DNA of 64,000 bases from Rhodanobacteraceae bacterium (GCA_035281745.1 DATEDI010000014.1:40587-104586), one strand, 5' to 3'; counted from the first letter of the stretch, positions 1 through 11,447 are shown. Numbers and translations: made by a program. The notes: a model not told the origin generated them from the sequence alone.

Positions 1-267
1 GATCCGGGTCTGTTGAAAGCCGTGTTCGAGATGGCCCAACCCGCCAGGGGCGCCGATACGCGCGCGCTGGTGCCAATGGAAAAAGGCCGCTACGCGCTGG
101 TGGTGCTGGGTGCGGTCAAGCCCGGCGACTCATCCAAGGTGCCCGCCGAAGCGCAGGATTTCCTGCGTGAGCAGATGGCGCGCGCCTACGGCGCTGCCGA
201 TATCGAGGCGTTCCTGGACGTGCTGCGAAGCAAGGCCAAGATCGAAACGGCGCCGCAGCGGCTCTGA
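1..267 (+). CDS. 3' end of a PpiD-like periplasmic chaperone/peptidyl-prolyl isomerase gene (5' end outside window)
   Basis: The frame is open from the window edge to the stop at 265-267. The C-terminal peptide (GRYALVVLGAVKPGD...EAFLDVLRSKAKIE) resembles PpiD C-termini, by recollection only. Confidence 0.5.
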   Translation, partial: DPGLLKAVFEMAQPARGADTRALVPMEKGRYALVVLGAVKPGDSSKVPAEAQDFLREQMARAYGAADIEAFLDVLRSKAKIETAPQRL

Positions 268-510
268 CGGTCGGTCGAGGTGCTGCGGTGAGCCGCCGCC
301 AGTCGCGAGCGCATTCGTCGTTCGCGGCTTCACCATCAATGCACGTTACCGCGCGGGAATTCGCAACCGTCTGATTGATGGTCGGACCCGCGCCCCACGG
401 ACCTGGCGGATGGCGATGCGATCGAAACCGCCAGGCTCGGCAGGCGACTCCCGCTGCGCTACATCACACGACCGGGGCGCCAAGGTCCCCGGTCGCATGA
501 CGATTTCCCG

Positions 511-747
511 TCAGAGATACTTCACCACGATTTCGCTGCGGTTCTCCGCGCTGTCCAGCGGCTGGATGCTGACCACGCGCGGCGGATCGTCGAACCGTCC
601 GATTTGCGCGGCGGCAGGCGCCGTGGATCGGGTGGACGGCTGGGTGACCACCGGCACGGTGGCGGCGGTCGGGGTTGCGACGGCGCCACCGAACGTGACG
701 TGTCCCCCGGCAACTGCAAACGCAATCAGAAACGGCACGGGTGCCAT
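511..747 (-). CDS. small hypothetical protein (78 aa) with a hydrophobic N-terminus
   Basis: Internal ATG at 747 of the 511..924 ORF, preceded by AAGGAGGG 8 nt upstream. The N-terminus MAPVPFLIAFAVAGG is hydrophobic. A hairpin at 469-496 lies downstream. No family recognised. Confidence 0.45.
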   Translation of the reverse strand: MAPVPFLIAFAVAGGHVTFGGAVATPTAATVPVVTQPSTRSTAPAAAQIGRFDDPPRVVSIQPLDSAENRSEIVVKYL

Positions 748-1001
748 CTGCCTGTCCCTCCTTGGGATATCGACAATGGTTCCCTCCCACACGCGCCCTT
801 TGTACAAGGCGCGACACATTGCAGTCTGGACGTCCGTCACACTCTTGGCAGCGCAAGCTTTGTTCACATTTGGATGGCGCGGTCCGCCCCGGCCATTGCG
901 GGCAAGCCGGGGCAGGCGCTGCACAAGCGATTCGGCCGCCCGCGGCGGCCCGAACGAGTGTCGCGATCACGGTCGATGCTGCTGCGGATCGCCTGCGCCA
1001 A

Positions 1002-1742
1002 TCACCAGCCCATGTAGTGGCCGCCGTTGATCGCGAGGTTCGCGCCGGTGACCCACGCGGCCTTGTCATCGAGGAAGAACGCGACGGCGTAGGCGATTTC
1101 ATCCGGATCGCCCAACCGGCCGAGCGGGATCTGCGCGACGATCTTGGCGCGGACATCTTCGGGCACGGCCATCACCATGTCGGTGCCGATATAGCCCGGC
1201 GACACGGTGTTGACGGTAATGCCGAATTTCGCGTTTTCCTGCGCGAGCGAAATGGTGAATCCGTGCATGCCGGCTTTGGACGCGGCGTAGTTGGCCTGTC
1301 CGTATTGGCCCTTCTGGCCGTTGATCGAGCTGATCTGGACGATGCGTCCCCACTTGCGCGCGCGCATGCCCTCGATCACGGGGCGCGTGACGTTGAAGCA
1401 GCCATTCAAATTGGTGTTCACCACATCCATCCACTGCTGGTAGGACATCTTGTGGAAGGTGGTATCGCGGGTGATGCCGGCGTTGTTGACCAGGATGTCG
1501 ATGGGACCGGCCTGTTCCTGGATGGCACGCACCATCTGCTCGCACGATTCCGGGTCGGCCACGTCGCCCTTCACCGTGAGTACGTCGATGCCTTCGGCGG
1601 CCAGCTTGTCGCGCCAAGCCCTGGTTTTTTCCTCGTTGCGGTAGTTGGTCGCGACCTTGTGACCCATCGTCGCCAATCGATGGACGATCGCGGTACCGAT
1701 GCCGCCGGTACCCCCCGTTACCAGTGCCACGCGTGCGCTCAT
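1002..1742 (-). CDS. phaB: acetoacetyl-CoA reductase (SDR family, PhaB/PhbB type)
   Basis: Carries TGGTGGIG Rossmann and YxxxK SDR motifs and strong overall PhaB-like sequence. Start chosen at ATG 1742, which has GGAGG 5 nt upstream; the longer ORF to 1847 has no RBS. Confidence 0.85.
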   Translation of the reverse strand: MSARVALVTGGTGGIGTAIVHRLATMGHKVATNYRNEEKTRAWRDKLAAEGIDVLTVKGDVADPESCEQMVRAIQEQAGPIDILVNNAGITRDTTFHKMSYQQWMDVVNTNLNGCFNVTRPVIEGMRARKWGRIVQISSINGQKGQYGQANYAASKAGMHGFTISLAQENAKFGITVNTVSPGYIGTDMVMAVPEDVRAKIVAQIPLGRLGDPDEIAYAVAFFLDDKAAWVTGANLAINGGHYMGW

Positions 1743-1843
1743 GACGCCTCCTTCGGGTGATGGTGCAGTCATCCTAACGCTTTGCTGCCGGCATCCGGTA
1801 GGGCAGGCTGCAATCCGTCGGCCTTGACGCGCCAAGACTTGCC

Positions 1844-2707
1844 TCACTCCGCAACGCGCGCCGTCAAATTCCGCAATCGGTCAAGGTCGAATTGCTCCGC
1901 GGCGGCGTGCAACATCGCCGCCGGGTCGGCGGCTTCGGGAATGTTCTGGGCGAGAAAGCGGAGCGCGCGCGCCACAGTCGTGCGCGCTTCGTGCAAGTCC
2001 ACGGGTGGCGCATCACTGGATTTCGAGAGCTTGCGGCCTTCCGCATCGAGCGCCAGCGGCAGATGCAAATAGGCGGGTGTTGGAAGCCCGAGCAGACGCT
2101 GCAGCAGGATCTGGCGCGCGGTGGAGTCGAGCAGGTCGCAGCCGCGCACGACTTCGCTGATCCGCTGGTGCGCATCATCCACCACGCAGGCAAGCTGATA
2201 GCTCCACAATCCGTCGGCGCGCTTCAGCACGAAGTCGCCGACCGCCTCGCGCACGTTCTGGGCCTGATGGCCCTGCAAGCCGTCCTCGAAGGCGATGGTC
2301 TGATTGGGCGAGCGCAAGCGCCAAGCTGGCCCGCGGTCGTCGCGGGGCGGAATGATGCAGCGGCCGTCGCGGTGGAGGGCGCCGGCGGCTTCCAGATCGG
2401 CGCGGCTGCACCAGCACGGGAAGGCATGACCTTCCACACGCAAGGCTTGCAGCGCCTCCGCATAGGCTTCATCGCGCCAAGACTGAAACAGTGGCGGTTC
2501 GTCCGCGATCAATCCGAGCTTTGCCAGCGCGGCGAGGATCGCAGGCGTGGAACCCGCCACTTCGCGCGGCGGGTCGATGTCCTCGATCCGAAGCAGCCAC
2601 TGACCGTGCTGCCCCCTCGCGCGCAGCCAGCTCGCCAGCGCTGCGACCAGCGAGCCGAAATGCAGTTCGCCGGTGGGCGAGGGCGCGAATCTTCCGCGGT
2701 AAGGCAA
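1844..2707 (-). CDS. gluQ: glutamyl-Q tRNA(Asp) synthetase
   Basis: N-terminus [14 protein letters not shown] (class I HIGH-like) and a truncated GluRS-like length (287 aa) with a KLSKS motif. Confidence 0.85.
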   Translation of the reverse strand: MPYRGRFAPSPTGELHFGSLVAALASWLRARGQHGQWLLRIEDIDPPREVAGSTPAILAALAKLGLIADEPPLFQSWRDEAYAEALQALRVEGHAFPCWCSRADLEAAGALHRDGRCIIPPRDDRGPAWRLRSPNQTIAFEDGLQGHQAQNVREAVGDFVLKRADGLWSYQLACVVDDAHQRISEVVRGCDLLDSTARQILLQRLLGLPTPAYLHLPLALDAEGRKLSKSSDAPPVDLHEARTTVARALRFLAQNIPEAADPAAMLHAAAEQFDLDRLRNLTARVAE

Positions 2708-2776
2708 GCGCGCTCCTTTGACTGATGGTGCGCCGCGGCTAGTATGCGGCAGCTGGGTCCAAAGACGGGGAAACCG

Positions 2777-4846
2777 ATGAGCGCAACCACCGCAACACCA
2801 TCGCGTCGCGAGTTGACGATCCGGGGCGTCATCATCGGCATCGTCATCACCATCGTGTTCACCGCCGCAAACGTCTATTTCGGACTGAAGGCCGGCCTGA
2901 CCTTTTCGACGTCGATTCCTGCTGCGGTGATCTCGATGGCGATCCTGAAGGCCATGCGCGACGCCACGATCCAGGAAAACAACATCGTACAGACGGTGGC
3001 CTCGGCCGCTGGCACGTTGTCTTCGATCATCTTCGTGTTGCCGGGCCTGGTAATCGTCGGATACTGGAGCGGATTCCCGTTCTGGATTTCCGCCGGCATC
3101 TGCGCGACCGGCGGCATCCTGGGCGTGATGTACACCATCCCCTTGCGGCGCGCGCTGGTGACCGATTCGGATTTGCCGTATCCCGAAGGAGTCGCCTGTG
3201 CCGAGGTGCTGAAGGTCGGCAGCGGGGCCGACGAGCAGATCGGCCGGATGGCCGAAGTGGAATCGGTGCCCGCCGCCGACGCAGTGCGCGGGATCGAAGC
3301 GCCCGCCCCCGTGGCGGCTGCGCAGGCGAGTGCGGCCGGGCTGAAGGCGGTGCTGTGGGGCGCGATCGTTTCGGCGATCTTCTACGTCATCGTGCAGACC
3401 CGGGTCTTCGCCGCCGCGGTCACCGATTATTTCCGGGTCGGCGGCGAGCGCGGTGGCGCCAGCGGCTTCGATTTCGGCCTCTCATTCGCCCTGTTCGCGA
3501 TCGGCCATCTGGTGGGCTTGTGGGTGGGCGTGGCGATGCTGGTGGGCGCCGCGATCGGCTGGGCGTGGGCGGTGCCGTACTTCACGCATCTGCATTGGGC
3601 GGCCGGTCCGGCGGCAGAAGTGGCGCAAGCCGGCTGGAGCCATTATGTACGCTTCATCGGCGCCGGTGCCATCGGCGTGGCCGCGATCTGGACGCTGGCG
3701 AAACTGGTAAAGCCGTTGGCCGGCGGACTTGCGGGTGCCTTCCGCGCGTCGCGCGCGCGCAAGGCCGGCACCTTGCACGAATTGCCGCGCACCGAACACG
3801 ACATGCCGATCGGCATGGTCGGCCTGGTTTCGCTGATCTGCATGATTCCGATCGCCTACTTGCTGTGGCACTTCAGCGTCACCAACGGGCTGGGCGAGGC
3901 GACCTGGCCGCTGGTGATTGGCGGCGTGGTGTTCGTGATCCTGCTGAGCTTCCTGGTGTCGGCGGTGTGCGGCTACATGGCTGGCCTGATCGGATCGTCA
4001 AACAGTCCGTTGTCGGGCGTGGGAATTCTGGTGGTGGTGATCGCGGCGCTGCTGCTGGTGGTCGGCATCAAGCCCTTCCTGCCGCCGGAGGCCGACAAGG
4101 CACTGGTCGGTTTCGCACTGTTCATCACGGCGATCGTGTTCGCGGTGGCGTCGATCGCCAACAACAACCTGCAGGATCTGAAGACTGGGCAACTGGTGGA
4201 TGCCACGCCCTCGATGCAGCAATGGGCGTTGGTGATTGGCGTGCTGGCCGGTGCGGTCGTGATCCCGCCGGTGCTGGATCTCCTGCAAAGCACTTACGGT
4301 TTCCTGGGTGCGCCGGGCGCCGATCCGGCGATCGCCTTGCCCGCGCCACAGGCGGGCCTGATTTCCGCATTGGCCAAGGGCGTAATCACCGGCGAGGTGC
4401 CTTGGGACATGATCGGGCTCGGCGCCGGTATCGGCGTGGTCATCATCATCTTCGACGAGTTGTTGGGGTTCTCCAAGAAAAAACACGGGCCGCGGCTGCC
4501 CCCGCTCGCGGTGGGTCTTGGCATTTACCTGCCGACCTCGACCACCCTGATGGTGGTCGTGGGCGCGCTGGTGGGGGCGTGGTTCGATCGCCGCGCCGAC
4601 CGCCGCCCTGGCACCGAGTCGACCAAGCAGCTCGGCGTGCTGCTGGCTTCCGGCCTGATCGTGGGCGAAAGCCTGCTGGCGGTGATCTTCGCCGCCATCG
4701 TGGGACTGAGCGGCAAGCAAGGGCCGATTGCGCTGGTGGGCGCGGAATTCGAGACGCCCTCGATCATCCTCGGCGGTGTGGTGTTCGCGGCATTGGTGGT
4801 CCTGCTTTACCGCTGGATTATCCGGATGGGCCGCGCGACGGCTTGA
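2777..4846 (+). CDS. OPT-family oligopeptide transporter
   Basis: Polytopic membrane protein of about 690 aa with typical OPT N-terminal sequence ([33 protein letters not shown]). Start at ATG 2777 with GGGGAA upstream; 2744 is an alternative. Confidence 0.85.
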   Translation: MSATTATPSRRELTIRGVIIGIVITIVFTAANVYFGLKAGLTFSTSIPAAVISMAILKAMRDATIQENNIVQTVASAAGTLSSIIFVLPGLVIVGYWSGFPFWISAGICATGGILGVMYTIPLRRALVTDSDLPYPEGVACAEVLKVGSGADEQIGRMAEVESVPAADAVRGIEAPAPVAAAQASAAGLKAVLWGAIVSAIFYVIVQTRVFAAAVTDYFRVGGERGGASGFDFGLSFALFAIGHLVGLWVGVAMLVGAAIGWAWAVPYFTHLHWAAGPAAEVAQAGWSHYVRFIGAGAIGVAAIWTLAKLVKPLAGGLAGAFRASRARKAGTLHELPRTEHDMPIGMVGLVSLICMIPIAYLLWHFSVTNGLGEATWPLVIGGVVFVILLSFLVSAVCGYMAGLIGSSNSPLSGVGILVVVIAALLLVVGIKPFLPPEADKALVGFALFITAIVFAVASIANNNLQDLKTGQLVDATPSMQQWALVIGVLAGAVVIPPVLDLLQSTYGFLGAPGADPAIALPAPQAGLISALAKGVITGEVPWDMIGLGAGIGVVIIIFDELLGFSKKKHGPRLPPLAVGLGIYLPTSTTLMVVVGALVGAWFDRRADRRPGTESTKQLGVLLASGLIVGESLLAVIFAAIVGLSGKQGPIALVGAEFETPSIILGGVVFAALVVLLYRWIIRMGRATA

Positions 4847-4906
4847 GAAAACGCCTGCGCATCACCAATTCGGGCGTGATTGGTCCGATTCGCCGACTCG
4901 CATTTT

Positions 4907-5034
4907 CGTCATTCCGGGACCATCGCCGGCTGCATCGGCGATGGAACCCGGAACCCAGCGACTTTTGAGGCCGGGAGCCAAGGCACTGGATTCCGGGTTC
5001 CGCCCGCTGGCAGCGCGGACGGCCCGGGATGACG
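4907..5034. mobile_element. MITE-like 128-nt palindromic element, copy 1
   Basis: Terminal inverted repeats CGTCATTCCGGG / CCCGGGATGACG and an internal GGAACCCGGAACCC. A second copy of the same size and ends lies at 11448-11574. Confidence 0.6.
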
Positions 5035-5101
5035 AAAGCCCTGGATTCTCGTACCCGTGCGCCGGCCGGATTTGTGTGTTCTCCCTTCATGGAATGTCGT
5101 C

Positions 5102-6973
5102 ATGAGCAACGTTGCCGAAACCCGCCCGTTCGAAGCCGAAGTCGCGCAAGTCCTGCGACTGGTCACCCACTCGTTGTATTCGCACAAGGAAATTTTCCTG
5201 CGCGAACTGGTTTCCAACGCGTCCGATGCCTGCGACAAGCTGCGCTTCGAAGCCATCGGCAACCCCGGGTTGCTGGGCGAAGATGGCGAATTGCACATCG
5301 ACGTCGAATACGACAAGAACGCGAAAACCATCACCGTGCGCGACAACGGCATCGGCATGCGTCGCGATGAAGTGGTCGCCAACCTCGGATCGATCGCGAG
5401 TTCCGGCACGCGGCGATTCCTCGAATCGCTTTCCGGCGAACAGCAGGCCGACGCGCGCCTGATCGGCCAGTTCGGCGTGGGTTTTTATTCCGCGTTCGTG
5501 GTGGCGGACAAGGTGACGGTGCTGACGCGCCGCGCGGATGCCGCGACTGCGGAGGGCGTGCGCTGGGAAAGCGATGGCAAGGGCGAATATTCGCTGGCCG
5601 CCGAGGAAATCCCCGCACGCGGCACGGCCGTGGTCCTGCATCTCAAGGATGACGAATCCGAATTCCTCGACCACTGGAAGTTGCGCGAACTGATCCGGAA
5701 ATATTCCGACCACGTCGCGTTTCCGATCCGGATGAAGAAATACAAGGACGGCCAACCCACCGACGAGTGGGAAACTGTCAACGACGCCTCGGCGTTGTGG
5801 GCGAAGAACAAGGCGGACATCAGCGACGACGAATACAAGGCGTTCTACAAATCGCTGGGCCATGACTTCAACGATCCACTGGCCTGGAGTCACAATCGCG
5901 TCGAAGGCAGCCAGCGTTTCACCACGCTGCTCTACATTCCCGCGCAGCCGCCGTTCGACCTCCTGGTGGGCGGGCGCGATGAACGCAAGGGCGTCAAGCT
6001 GTACATCAAGCGTGTCTTCATCATGGACGCGGCCGAGGAACTGCTGCCGAATTACCTGCGTTTCGTGCGCGGCGTGGTCGACGCCGACGACCTGCCGCTC
6101 AACGTCAGCCGCGAGATCCTGCAGCACAACCGGCAGATCGAGCGGATCAAGGCATCCTGCGTCAAGCGCGTGCTGGACCTGATCGAGAAGCTGGCGAAGG
6201 ATGAACCCGAAAAATTCGAAACCTTCCGCAAGGCCTTCGGCAATACCTTGAAGGAAGGCATCGTCGAGGATCCGTCCAACCGCGAGCGCATCGCGAAATT
6301 GCTGCGCTTTGCATCGACGAAAGGCGACGGTGCCGAGCAGAACGTTTCGCTGGACGATTACCTCTCCCGGATGCAGCCCGGCCAGGAGGCGATCTGGTTC
6401 GTCACAGCGGACAGCTACAAGGCGGCGGCAGGCAGTCCGCAGCTCGAGGCGTTCAGGGCCAAGGGCATCGAGGTGCTGCTGATGTTCGATCGCGTCGACG
6501 AATGGATCATGGGCCAGTTCGGCGAGTACGAGGGCAAGTCCTTCCGCAATGTCGCCAAGGGCGAGTTGCCGCTGGACGAAGCCGACAAGCAAAAGCAGGA
6601 AGCGGCGGCGAAGGAAGCCGAGCCGCTGGTGAAGAAACTGAAGGATTTGCTGGGCGATCGCGTCGGCGACGTGCGCGTTTCCGCGCGGCTCACGGATTCA
6701 CCTTCGTGCCTGGCGCTCTCCGACTACGAACTGGCGCCGCACCTGGCGCGTTTGCTGCGCGAAGCGGGGCAGGAAGTACCGGATTCCAAACCCACGCTGG
6801 AAATCAACCCCGCCCACGCGCTGGTGAAGCGCGTGGAATCGGAAGCCGATGAGGCGAAGGCGAAGGACCTGGCGCTGCTGTTGCTGGAACAGGCCGAGAT
6901 CACCGCCGGTGCACAGTTGCCCGATCCGGCGGCGTTCGTGCAGCGGATGAACCGGGCGCTGCTGGGCGCGTGA
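5102..6973 (+). CDS. htpG: molecular chaperone HtpG (Hsp90)
   Basis: N-terminal FEAEVAQVLRLVTHSLYSHKEIFLRELVSNASDA and full-length Hsp90 similarity. Start at ATG 5102. Confidence 0.95.
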   Translation: MSNVAETRPFEAEVAQVLRLVTHSLYSHKEIFLRELVSNASDACDKLRFEAIGNPGLLGEDGELHIDVEYDKNAKTITVRDNGIGMRRDEVVANLGSIASSGTRRFLESLSGEQQADARLIGQFGVGFYSAFVVADKVTVLTRRADAATAEGVRWESDGKGEYSLAAEEIPARGTAVVLHLKDDESEFLDHWKLRELIRKYSDHVAFPIRMKKYKDGQPTDEWETVNDASALWAKNKADISDDEYKAFYKSLGHDFNDPLAWSHNRVEGSQRFTTLLYIPAQPPFDLLVGGRDERKGVKLYIKRVFIMDAAEELLPNYLRFVRGVVDADDLPLNVSREILQHNRQIERIKASCVKRVLDLIEKLAKDEPEKFETFRKAFGNTLKEGIVEDPSNRERIAKLLRFASTKGDGAEQNVSLDDYLSRMQPGQEAIWFVTADSYKAAAGSPQLEAFRAKGIEVLLMFDRVDEWIMGQFGEYEGKSFRNVAKGELPLDEADKQKQEAAAKEAEPLVKKLKDLLGDRVGDVRVSARLTDSPSCLALSDYELAPHLARLLREAGQEVPDSKPTLEINPAHALVKRVESEADEAKAKDLALLLLEQAEITAGAQLPDPAAFVQRMNRALLGA

Positions 6974-6979
6974 TCGCGC

Positions 6980-7243
6980 TCAGTGGCGAAGGCCCAGCTT
7001 TGCTGACCGCGCATTGATGTCATCCACGGCGGTTTTCAGGTCGTAGCCGTATTTCTGCCGGCACAGTTTGATGGCTTCGACCTTGTGGCCCATGCGCAGT
7101 TCGACTTCGATCTCCGCGTCGCTGATGTCGCTTCGCGGAGTTGTCGGCCCGGTTTGCTTGCCGCGATAAAACACCCGCGCCAGCAGATACCCCGCGGCGA
7201 AGCAGATGACCGGCAACAGCCACGGCTGGGCGAAAATGTTCAT
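6980..7243 (-). CDS. small membrane-anchored hypothetical protein
   Basis: 87 aa with one N-terminal TM segment. The C-terminal part (HKVEAIKLCRQKYGYDLKTAVDDI) resembles the ribosomal L7/L12 C-terminal fold motif. Confidence 0.5.
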   Translation of the reverse strand: MNIFAQPWLLPVICFAAGYLLARVFYRGKQTGPTTPRSDISDAEIEVELRMGHKVEAIKLCRQKYGYDLKTAVDDINARSAKLGLRH

Positions 7244-7296
7244 CGCAGGTCTCCAGAGGAGCCGGCCGCCATTCTAGCCTTGAGTGAGGCAACCGG

Positions 7297-7692
7297 ATGA
7301 CCGGAAATGATCAAGTTCGAATCGATGCCTGGCTCTGGGCCGCGCGTTTCTTCAAGACCCGCGCGCTGGCCAAACAGGCGATCGAGCGCGGCCGGGTGAC
7401 GATCGACGGCGCCGCCTGCAAGGCCTCGCACACGATGAAGATTGGCGAGGCGTTGCGCATCACGCGCGGCGACGAAACATTCGAAATCACCGTGGCAGGG
7501 CTTGCGCACAAGCGCGGCTCGGCCGCGCTGGCGCAGACGCTTTACCAGGAATCCGGCGCTTCCATCGCGGCACGCGAAAATGCACGCGAGCAACGCCGCG
7601 CGGAACGTGCCGGTTACCAGCCGCCACCGAAACGACCCGACAAGCGTGCGCGCCGGTTGATCCGCGCCCTCGGCGACTTCGACGCGTCCTGA
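7297..7692 (+). CDS. hslR: ribosome-associated heat-shock protein Hsp15 (S4 RNA-binding domain)
   Basis: RIDAWLWAARFFKTRALAKQAIERGRV S4 motif and a basic C-terminal tail; lies next to htpG. Confidence 0.85.
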   Translation: MTGNDQVRIDAWLWAARFFKTRALAKQAIERGRVTIDGAACKASHTMKIGEALRITRGDETFEITVAGLAHKRGSAALAQTLYQESGASIAARENAREQRRAERAGYQPPPKRPDKRARRLIRALGDFDAS

Positions 7693-7850
7693 AGTTCATG
7701 GCCGGCCGGCGCCCCGGGCTGTCCGCTGGCGCGTCGTTCCGCGCCACCGATGCCGCGAAAGCCACGCTCTTCGTCACGGCCTGGGCGCCCGGCGCTTGCG
7801 CGCGCACCGCGCCGGCCCGAAACTAGCGCCTCGGGGCACCGGGGACGGCG

Positions 7851-8693
7851 ATGGCGGTATTCGACATTTTCAAGCGGTTCAAGACTCCGACGACGGCACC
7901 GGCCGAGCGTCGCGAGGACGAACGCCTGCGCGCCTCGCTGGGCGCGCGCGTGCTGGTGGTGGACGACTCCGCCACCATTCGCGCGGTGCTGGGCAAGATG
8001 TTGATGCAGGACGGCTACGAAGTGCTGAAGGCCGCGGACGGTGAAAGCGCGATTGAAATGGCGCAGTCGCAGCTTCCCGATCTGATCTTCCTGGACATCG
8101 TGTTGCCCGGTCTGTCGGGGTTCGCAGTGCTGCGGGCGCTGCGGCGCGAGGGCGCCACCCGGACTACGCCCATCATCATGATGAGCGGCAATCAACAGGC
8201 CACCGAACAGTTCTACGTGCAGCGCTTCGGTGCCGATGGTTTCGTCAAGAAGCCGTTCGGGCGCGCGGAAGTGTTCCACGCGATCCGTTCGCTGGTGCAG
8301 GCGGGACGCGTGTCCGCGCGCGTCGAGACGATGCCGGTGAATGCGATTCCCGAGGGAATCTCGCCGGAGGAGTGGAACGCGATCCCCGACGTGGCAATGC
8401 CGGACGCGGCGCATCTTGCCGCTTTGCCGGCGGCTGCGGTCGCAGCTCCCGTCGCATCGAGTGCGTTGGCCGGTTCAGGTCCACACACGCCGCCGGAGGC
8501 ACCGGGCACGTCGATGCGCCCTGGGCCATCCGCGGTCGTCGGCACATGGTCTGGTTCTGCCATCAGCATGGTGGCGCGAGCCACGCTCGGCCGTGCTGCG
8601 CAAACGGCGGTAATTTCGGTTGCGTCGAATCATTTCCCGGCACCGGGCGATGCGGAAACGGCAGGAACGTCATCGGACGTGGACAAAGCTTGA
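7851..8693 (+). CDS. single-domain response regulator (REC) with a long Ala/Pro-rich C-terminal tail
   Basis: Receiver-domain motifs VLVVDDS ... LIFLDIVLPGLSG ... GADGFVKKPF. The last ~130 aa are low complexity. Confidence 0.75.
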   Translation: MAVFDIFKRFKTPTTAPAERREDERLRASLGARVLVVDDSATIRAVLGKMLMQDGYEVLKAADGESAIEMAQSQLPDLIFLDIVLPGLSGFAVLRALRREGATRTTPIIMMSGNQQATEQFYVQRFGADGFVKKPFGRAEVFHAIRSLVQAGRVSARVETMPVNAIPEGISPEEWNAIPDVAMPDAAHLAALPAAAVAAPVASSALAGSGPHTPPEAPGTSMRPGPSAVVGTWSGSAISMVARATLGRAAQTAVISVASNHFPAPGDAETAGTSSDVDKA

Positions 8694-8732
8694 TCGCGGC
8701 ACGCGATGCCCTTCGGACGGGGCCGTGGACGG

Positions 8733-11336
8733 TTATTCGATCAGCGACCTCATCCGGTAAAGCGCCTCGAGCGCTTCCCGCGGGGTCAGCGAGTCCGGAT
8801 CGAGCGCGCGCACGGCATCAGCCAGCTTGGTCAGCTGCGGATCGGCAGGCGCGGGCGTGAACAGGTCGGGCTGCGGAGATGCGGAGCCGCCTGCGCGCGC
8901 CGGCTTCGTGACCGTGTCGTGCTGACCGCGTTCGAGTGTCGCCAGCGTCTGTTTCGCATCCGCGATCACGGCTTTGGGCAAACCGGCGAGCGCAGCCACT
9001 TGCAACCCGAAGCTCTGGTTGGCCGGGCCTTCCTTTACCGCGTGGATGAAGACGAGCTGGTCGCCCTGCCTGGCGTCGTGGTATTCGACGGCGTCGAGGT
9101 GCACGTTGGCGATGACATCGAACTGCGATGCGAGTTCGGTCAGCTCGAAATAGTGCGTGGCGAACAGGGTGAACGCGCGGTTCGCCGTTGCGAGATGCAC
9201 CGCCGCGGCACGCGCCAGCGCCAGGCCGTCGTAGGTCGAGGTGCCGCGCCCGACCTCATCCATCAGCACCAATGATCGGGCCGTCGCGTTGTGCAGGATG
9301 TTGGCGGTCTCGCTCATCTCGACCATGAAGGTCGATTGCCCGCGCGCGAGGTCGTCGCCCGCGCCGATGCGGGTGAAGATGCGGTCGATCGCACCGATCG
9401 TCGCGCTCGCCGCCGGCACGAAACTGCCGATGTGTGCCAGCAGCACGATCAGCGCGTTCTGGCGCATGTAGGTCGACTTGCCGCCCATGTTGGGGCCGGT
9501 GATTACCAGCATTCGACGTGCGTCATCGAGCGCGAGATCGTTGGGCTCGAAGGGTTCCGTGCGCACGGCTTCCACCACCGGATGCCGGCCGCGTTCGATG
9601 GTGATGCATGTTTCGTCCACCAGTTGCGGGCGCGACCAGTTCAGCGCGTCGGCGCGTTCAGCCAGTGCGGCCAGCACGTCGAGTTCCGCCAGTGATTGCG
9701 CGGCTTGTTTAAGCGGCGCGAGCTTTTCGATCAACGTGTCCAACACGTCGTCGTACAACGCGCGCTCGCGCATCAGCGAGCGTTCCTTCGCCGACAGCAC
9801 CTTGTCTTCGAACGCCTTCAATTCCTCGGTGATGTAGCGCTCGGTGTTCTTGGTGGTCTGACGGCGGGTGTAGTGCGCGGGCGCCTTGTCGGCCTGCGCC
9901 TTGCCGAATTCCATGTAGTAGCCGTGTACGCGGTTGTAGCCCACTTTCAGCGTAGCGATGCCGGTCGCGGCGCGCTCGCGCGTTTCAAGTTCCACGAGGT
10001 ACTGGTCGGCGTGCGTGGAAAGCTGGCGCAGCTCGTCCAGATCGGCGTCATAACCGTCGGCGATGGCGCCGCCTTCGCGCAACAGTGCGGGCGGCCGTTC
10101 CACGATTGCCGCTTGCAGCAGGCGCACCGTGCCGGCGTGTTCGCCAACCCGTTCCAGCAGTTCACGCAGCAACGGTGAATCGAGTGGTGCCAGCGTCTCG
10201 CGCAGGCTCGGTGCGGCAGCGAGACCGTCACGCAGTGTCGCAAGGTCGCGCGGACGCGCCGAGCGCAGCGCTACCCTGCTGAGGATGCGCTCGAGGTCGC
10301 CAATCGCGCGGAGTTTTTCGCGGAGCGCGTCAAGCACACCGGATTCGATCAGCGCCGCAAGCGATTGGTGGCGCAGGCGCAGTGTTGCATGATCGCGCAG
10401 CGGGCGATGCAGCCAGCGCCGCAGTGCGCGCGCGCCCATCGGCGTGATCGTGGAATCCAGCACGCCGAGCAGGGTGTAGCGCGTGTCGCCCGACGGATGG
10501 GTATCGAGTTCGAGATTGCGGCGGGTGGCCGCATCCATCGCCACGGTTTCATCGGCCGATTCGATCGCGAGGCCGGTGAGGTGCGGCAGCGCGGCTTTCT
10601 GGGTTTCCTGCAGGTAGCCGAGCAGGCAACCCGCCGCGGCCACGGCCAGCGACATGCCGTCGGCGCCGAAACCGGAAAGATCGCGGGTTCCGAAGAATCG
10701 CGTCAGCTCGCGCCGTCCGCTGGTCTCGTCGAAATGCCACGGCGGGCGCATGCGCAGCCCGTTGGATGCCGTGACGGCTGGAGGCCACGTTACATCCTCG
10801 CACACGAGGATTTCCGCCGGCGCAAGTCGCGCGAGTTCGGCGGCCAACGCGTCGGCGTCAGCGACCTCGCACAGCAGGAAACGCCCGCCCGCCAGATCGA
10901 CCCAGGCCAGTCCGAAACCCGATTGTCCCGCGGCGATCGCCAGCAGCAGGTTGTCGCGCCGTTCCGGCAGCAAGGCCTCGTCGGTGAGCGTGCCGGGCGT
11001 CACCACGCGCACGACCTTGCGCTCCATCGGACCTTTGCCGTTGGGATCGCCGATCTGCTCGCAAATCGCGACCGACTCGCCTGTGCGCACCAGCTTGGCG
11101 AGATACGATTCCATCGCGTGGTAGGGCACCCCGGCCATCGGGATCGGCGCGCCGGCTGATTCGCCGCGCTGGGTCAGGGTGATATCCAGCAGCCGCGCGG
11201 CCTTGCGTGCGTCGTCGTAGAACAACTCGTAAAAGTCGCCCATCCGGAAGAACAGCAGCGTGCCCGGGTGCTCCGCCTTGGCGGCGAAGTACTGGCGCAT
11301 CAGCGGCGTGTGGCGGGCGAGGTCGGCGTGGTCCAT
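8733..11336 (-). CDS. mutS: DNA mismatch repair protein MutS
   Basis: Canonical N-terminus [31 protein letters not shown] and Walker [10 protein letters not shown]. Start set at ATG 11336 (ATG 11402 possible). The in-frame extension to 11591 runs through a repeat element and is rejected. Confidence 0.9.
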   Translation of the reverse strand: MDHADLARHTPLMRQYFAAKAEHPGTLLFFRMGDFYELFYDDARKAARLLDITLTQRGESAGAPIPMAGVPYHAMESYLAKLVRTGESVAICEQIGDPNGKGPMERKVVRVVTPGTLTDEALLPERRDNLLLAIAAGQSGFGLAWVDLAGGRFLLCEVADADALAAELARLAPAEILVCEDVTWPPAVTASNGLRMRPPWHFDETSGRRELTRFFGTRDLSGFGADGMSLAVAAAGCLLGYLQETQKAALPHLTGLAIESADETVAMDAATRRNLELDTHPSGDTRYTLLGVLDSTITPMGARALRRWLHRPLRDHATLRLRHQSLAALIESGVLDALREKLRAIGDLERILSRVALRSARPRDLATLRDGLAAAPSLRETLAPLDSPLLRELLERVGEHAGTVRLLQAAIVERPPALLREGGAIADGYDADLDELRQLSTHADQYLVELETRERAATGIATLKVGYNRVHGYYMEFGKAQADKAPAHYTRRQTTKNTERYITEELKAFEDKVLSAKERSLMRERALYDDVLDTLIEKLAPLKQAAQSLAELDVLAALAERADALNWSRPQLVDETCITIERGRHPVVEAVRTEPFEPNDLALDDARRMLVITGPNMGGKSTYMRQNALIVLLAHIGSFVPAASATIGAIDRIFTRIGAGDDLARGQSTFMVEMSETANILHNATARSLVLMDEVGRGTSTYDGLALARAAAVHLATANRAFTLFATHYFELTELASQFDVIANVHLDAVEYHDARQGDQLVFIHAVKEGPANQSFGLQVAALAGLPKAVIADAKQTLATLERGQHDTVTKPARAGGSASPQPDLFTPAPADPQLTKLADAVRALDPDSLTPREALEALYRMRSLIE

Positions 11337-11447
11337 CTCGGGCGCAGCGGGTTCGGGCAAGCGCGAAGTGTCGCACGCGCCGGCCCAGCGCCCAAGCTTC
11401 ATGCACTGCTCCCTGACTGACTTCCAGCCACACTCGTCAGGAACAAC

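Noticed and set aside
5035-5101. A sigma-32 heat-shock promoter upstream of htpG (and of hslR).
   Set aside because: No convincing CTTGAA-N13-15-CCCCATNT pair. The element TCCCTTCAT alone is too weak.
5087-6592. Long antisense ORFs opposite well-supported genes: 5087..6592 opposite htpG, 22788..24983 opposite alaS, 32112..34040 opposite the ABC exporter, 49844..50998 opposite the AKR, 33887..35617 opposite gltX.
   Set aside because: High-GC genomes generate long stop-free antisense frames. These have Arg/Ala/Gly/His-rich low-complexity translations, no RBS and no recognisable domains, whereas the opposite strand has clear homologues.
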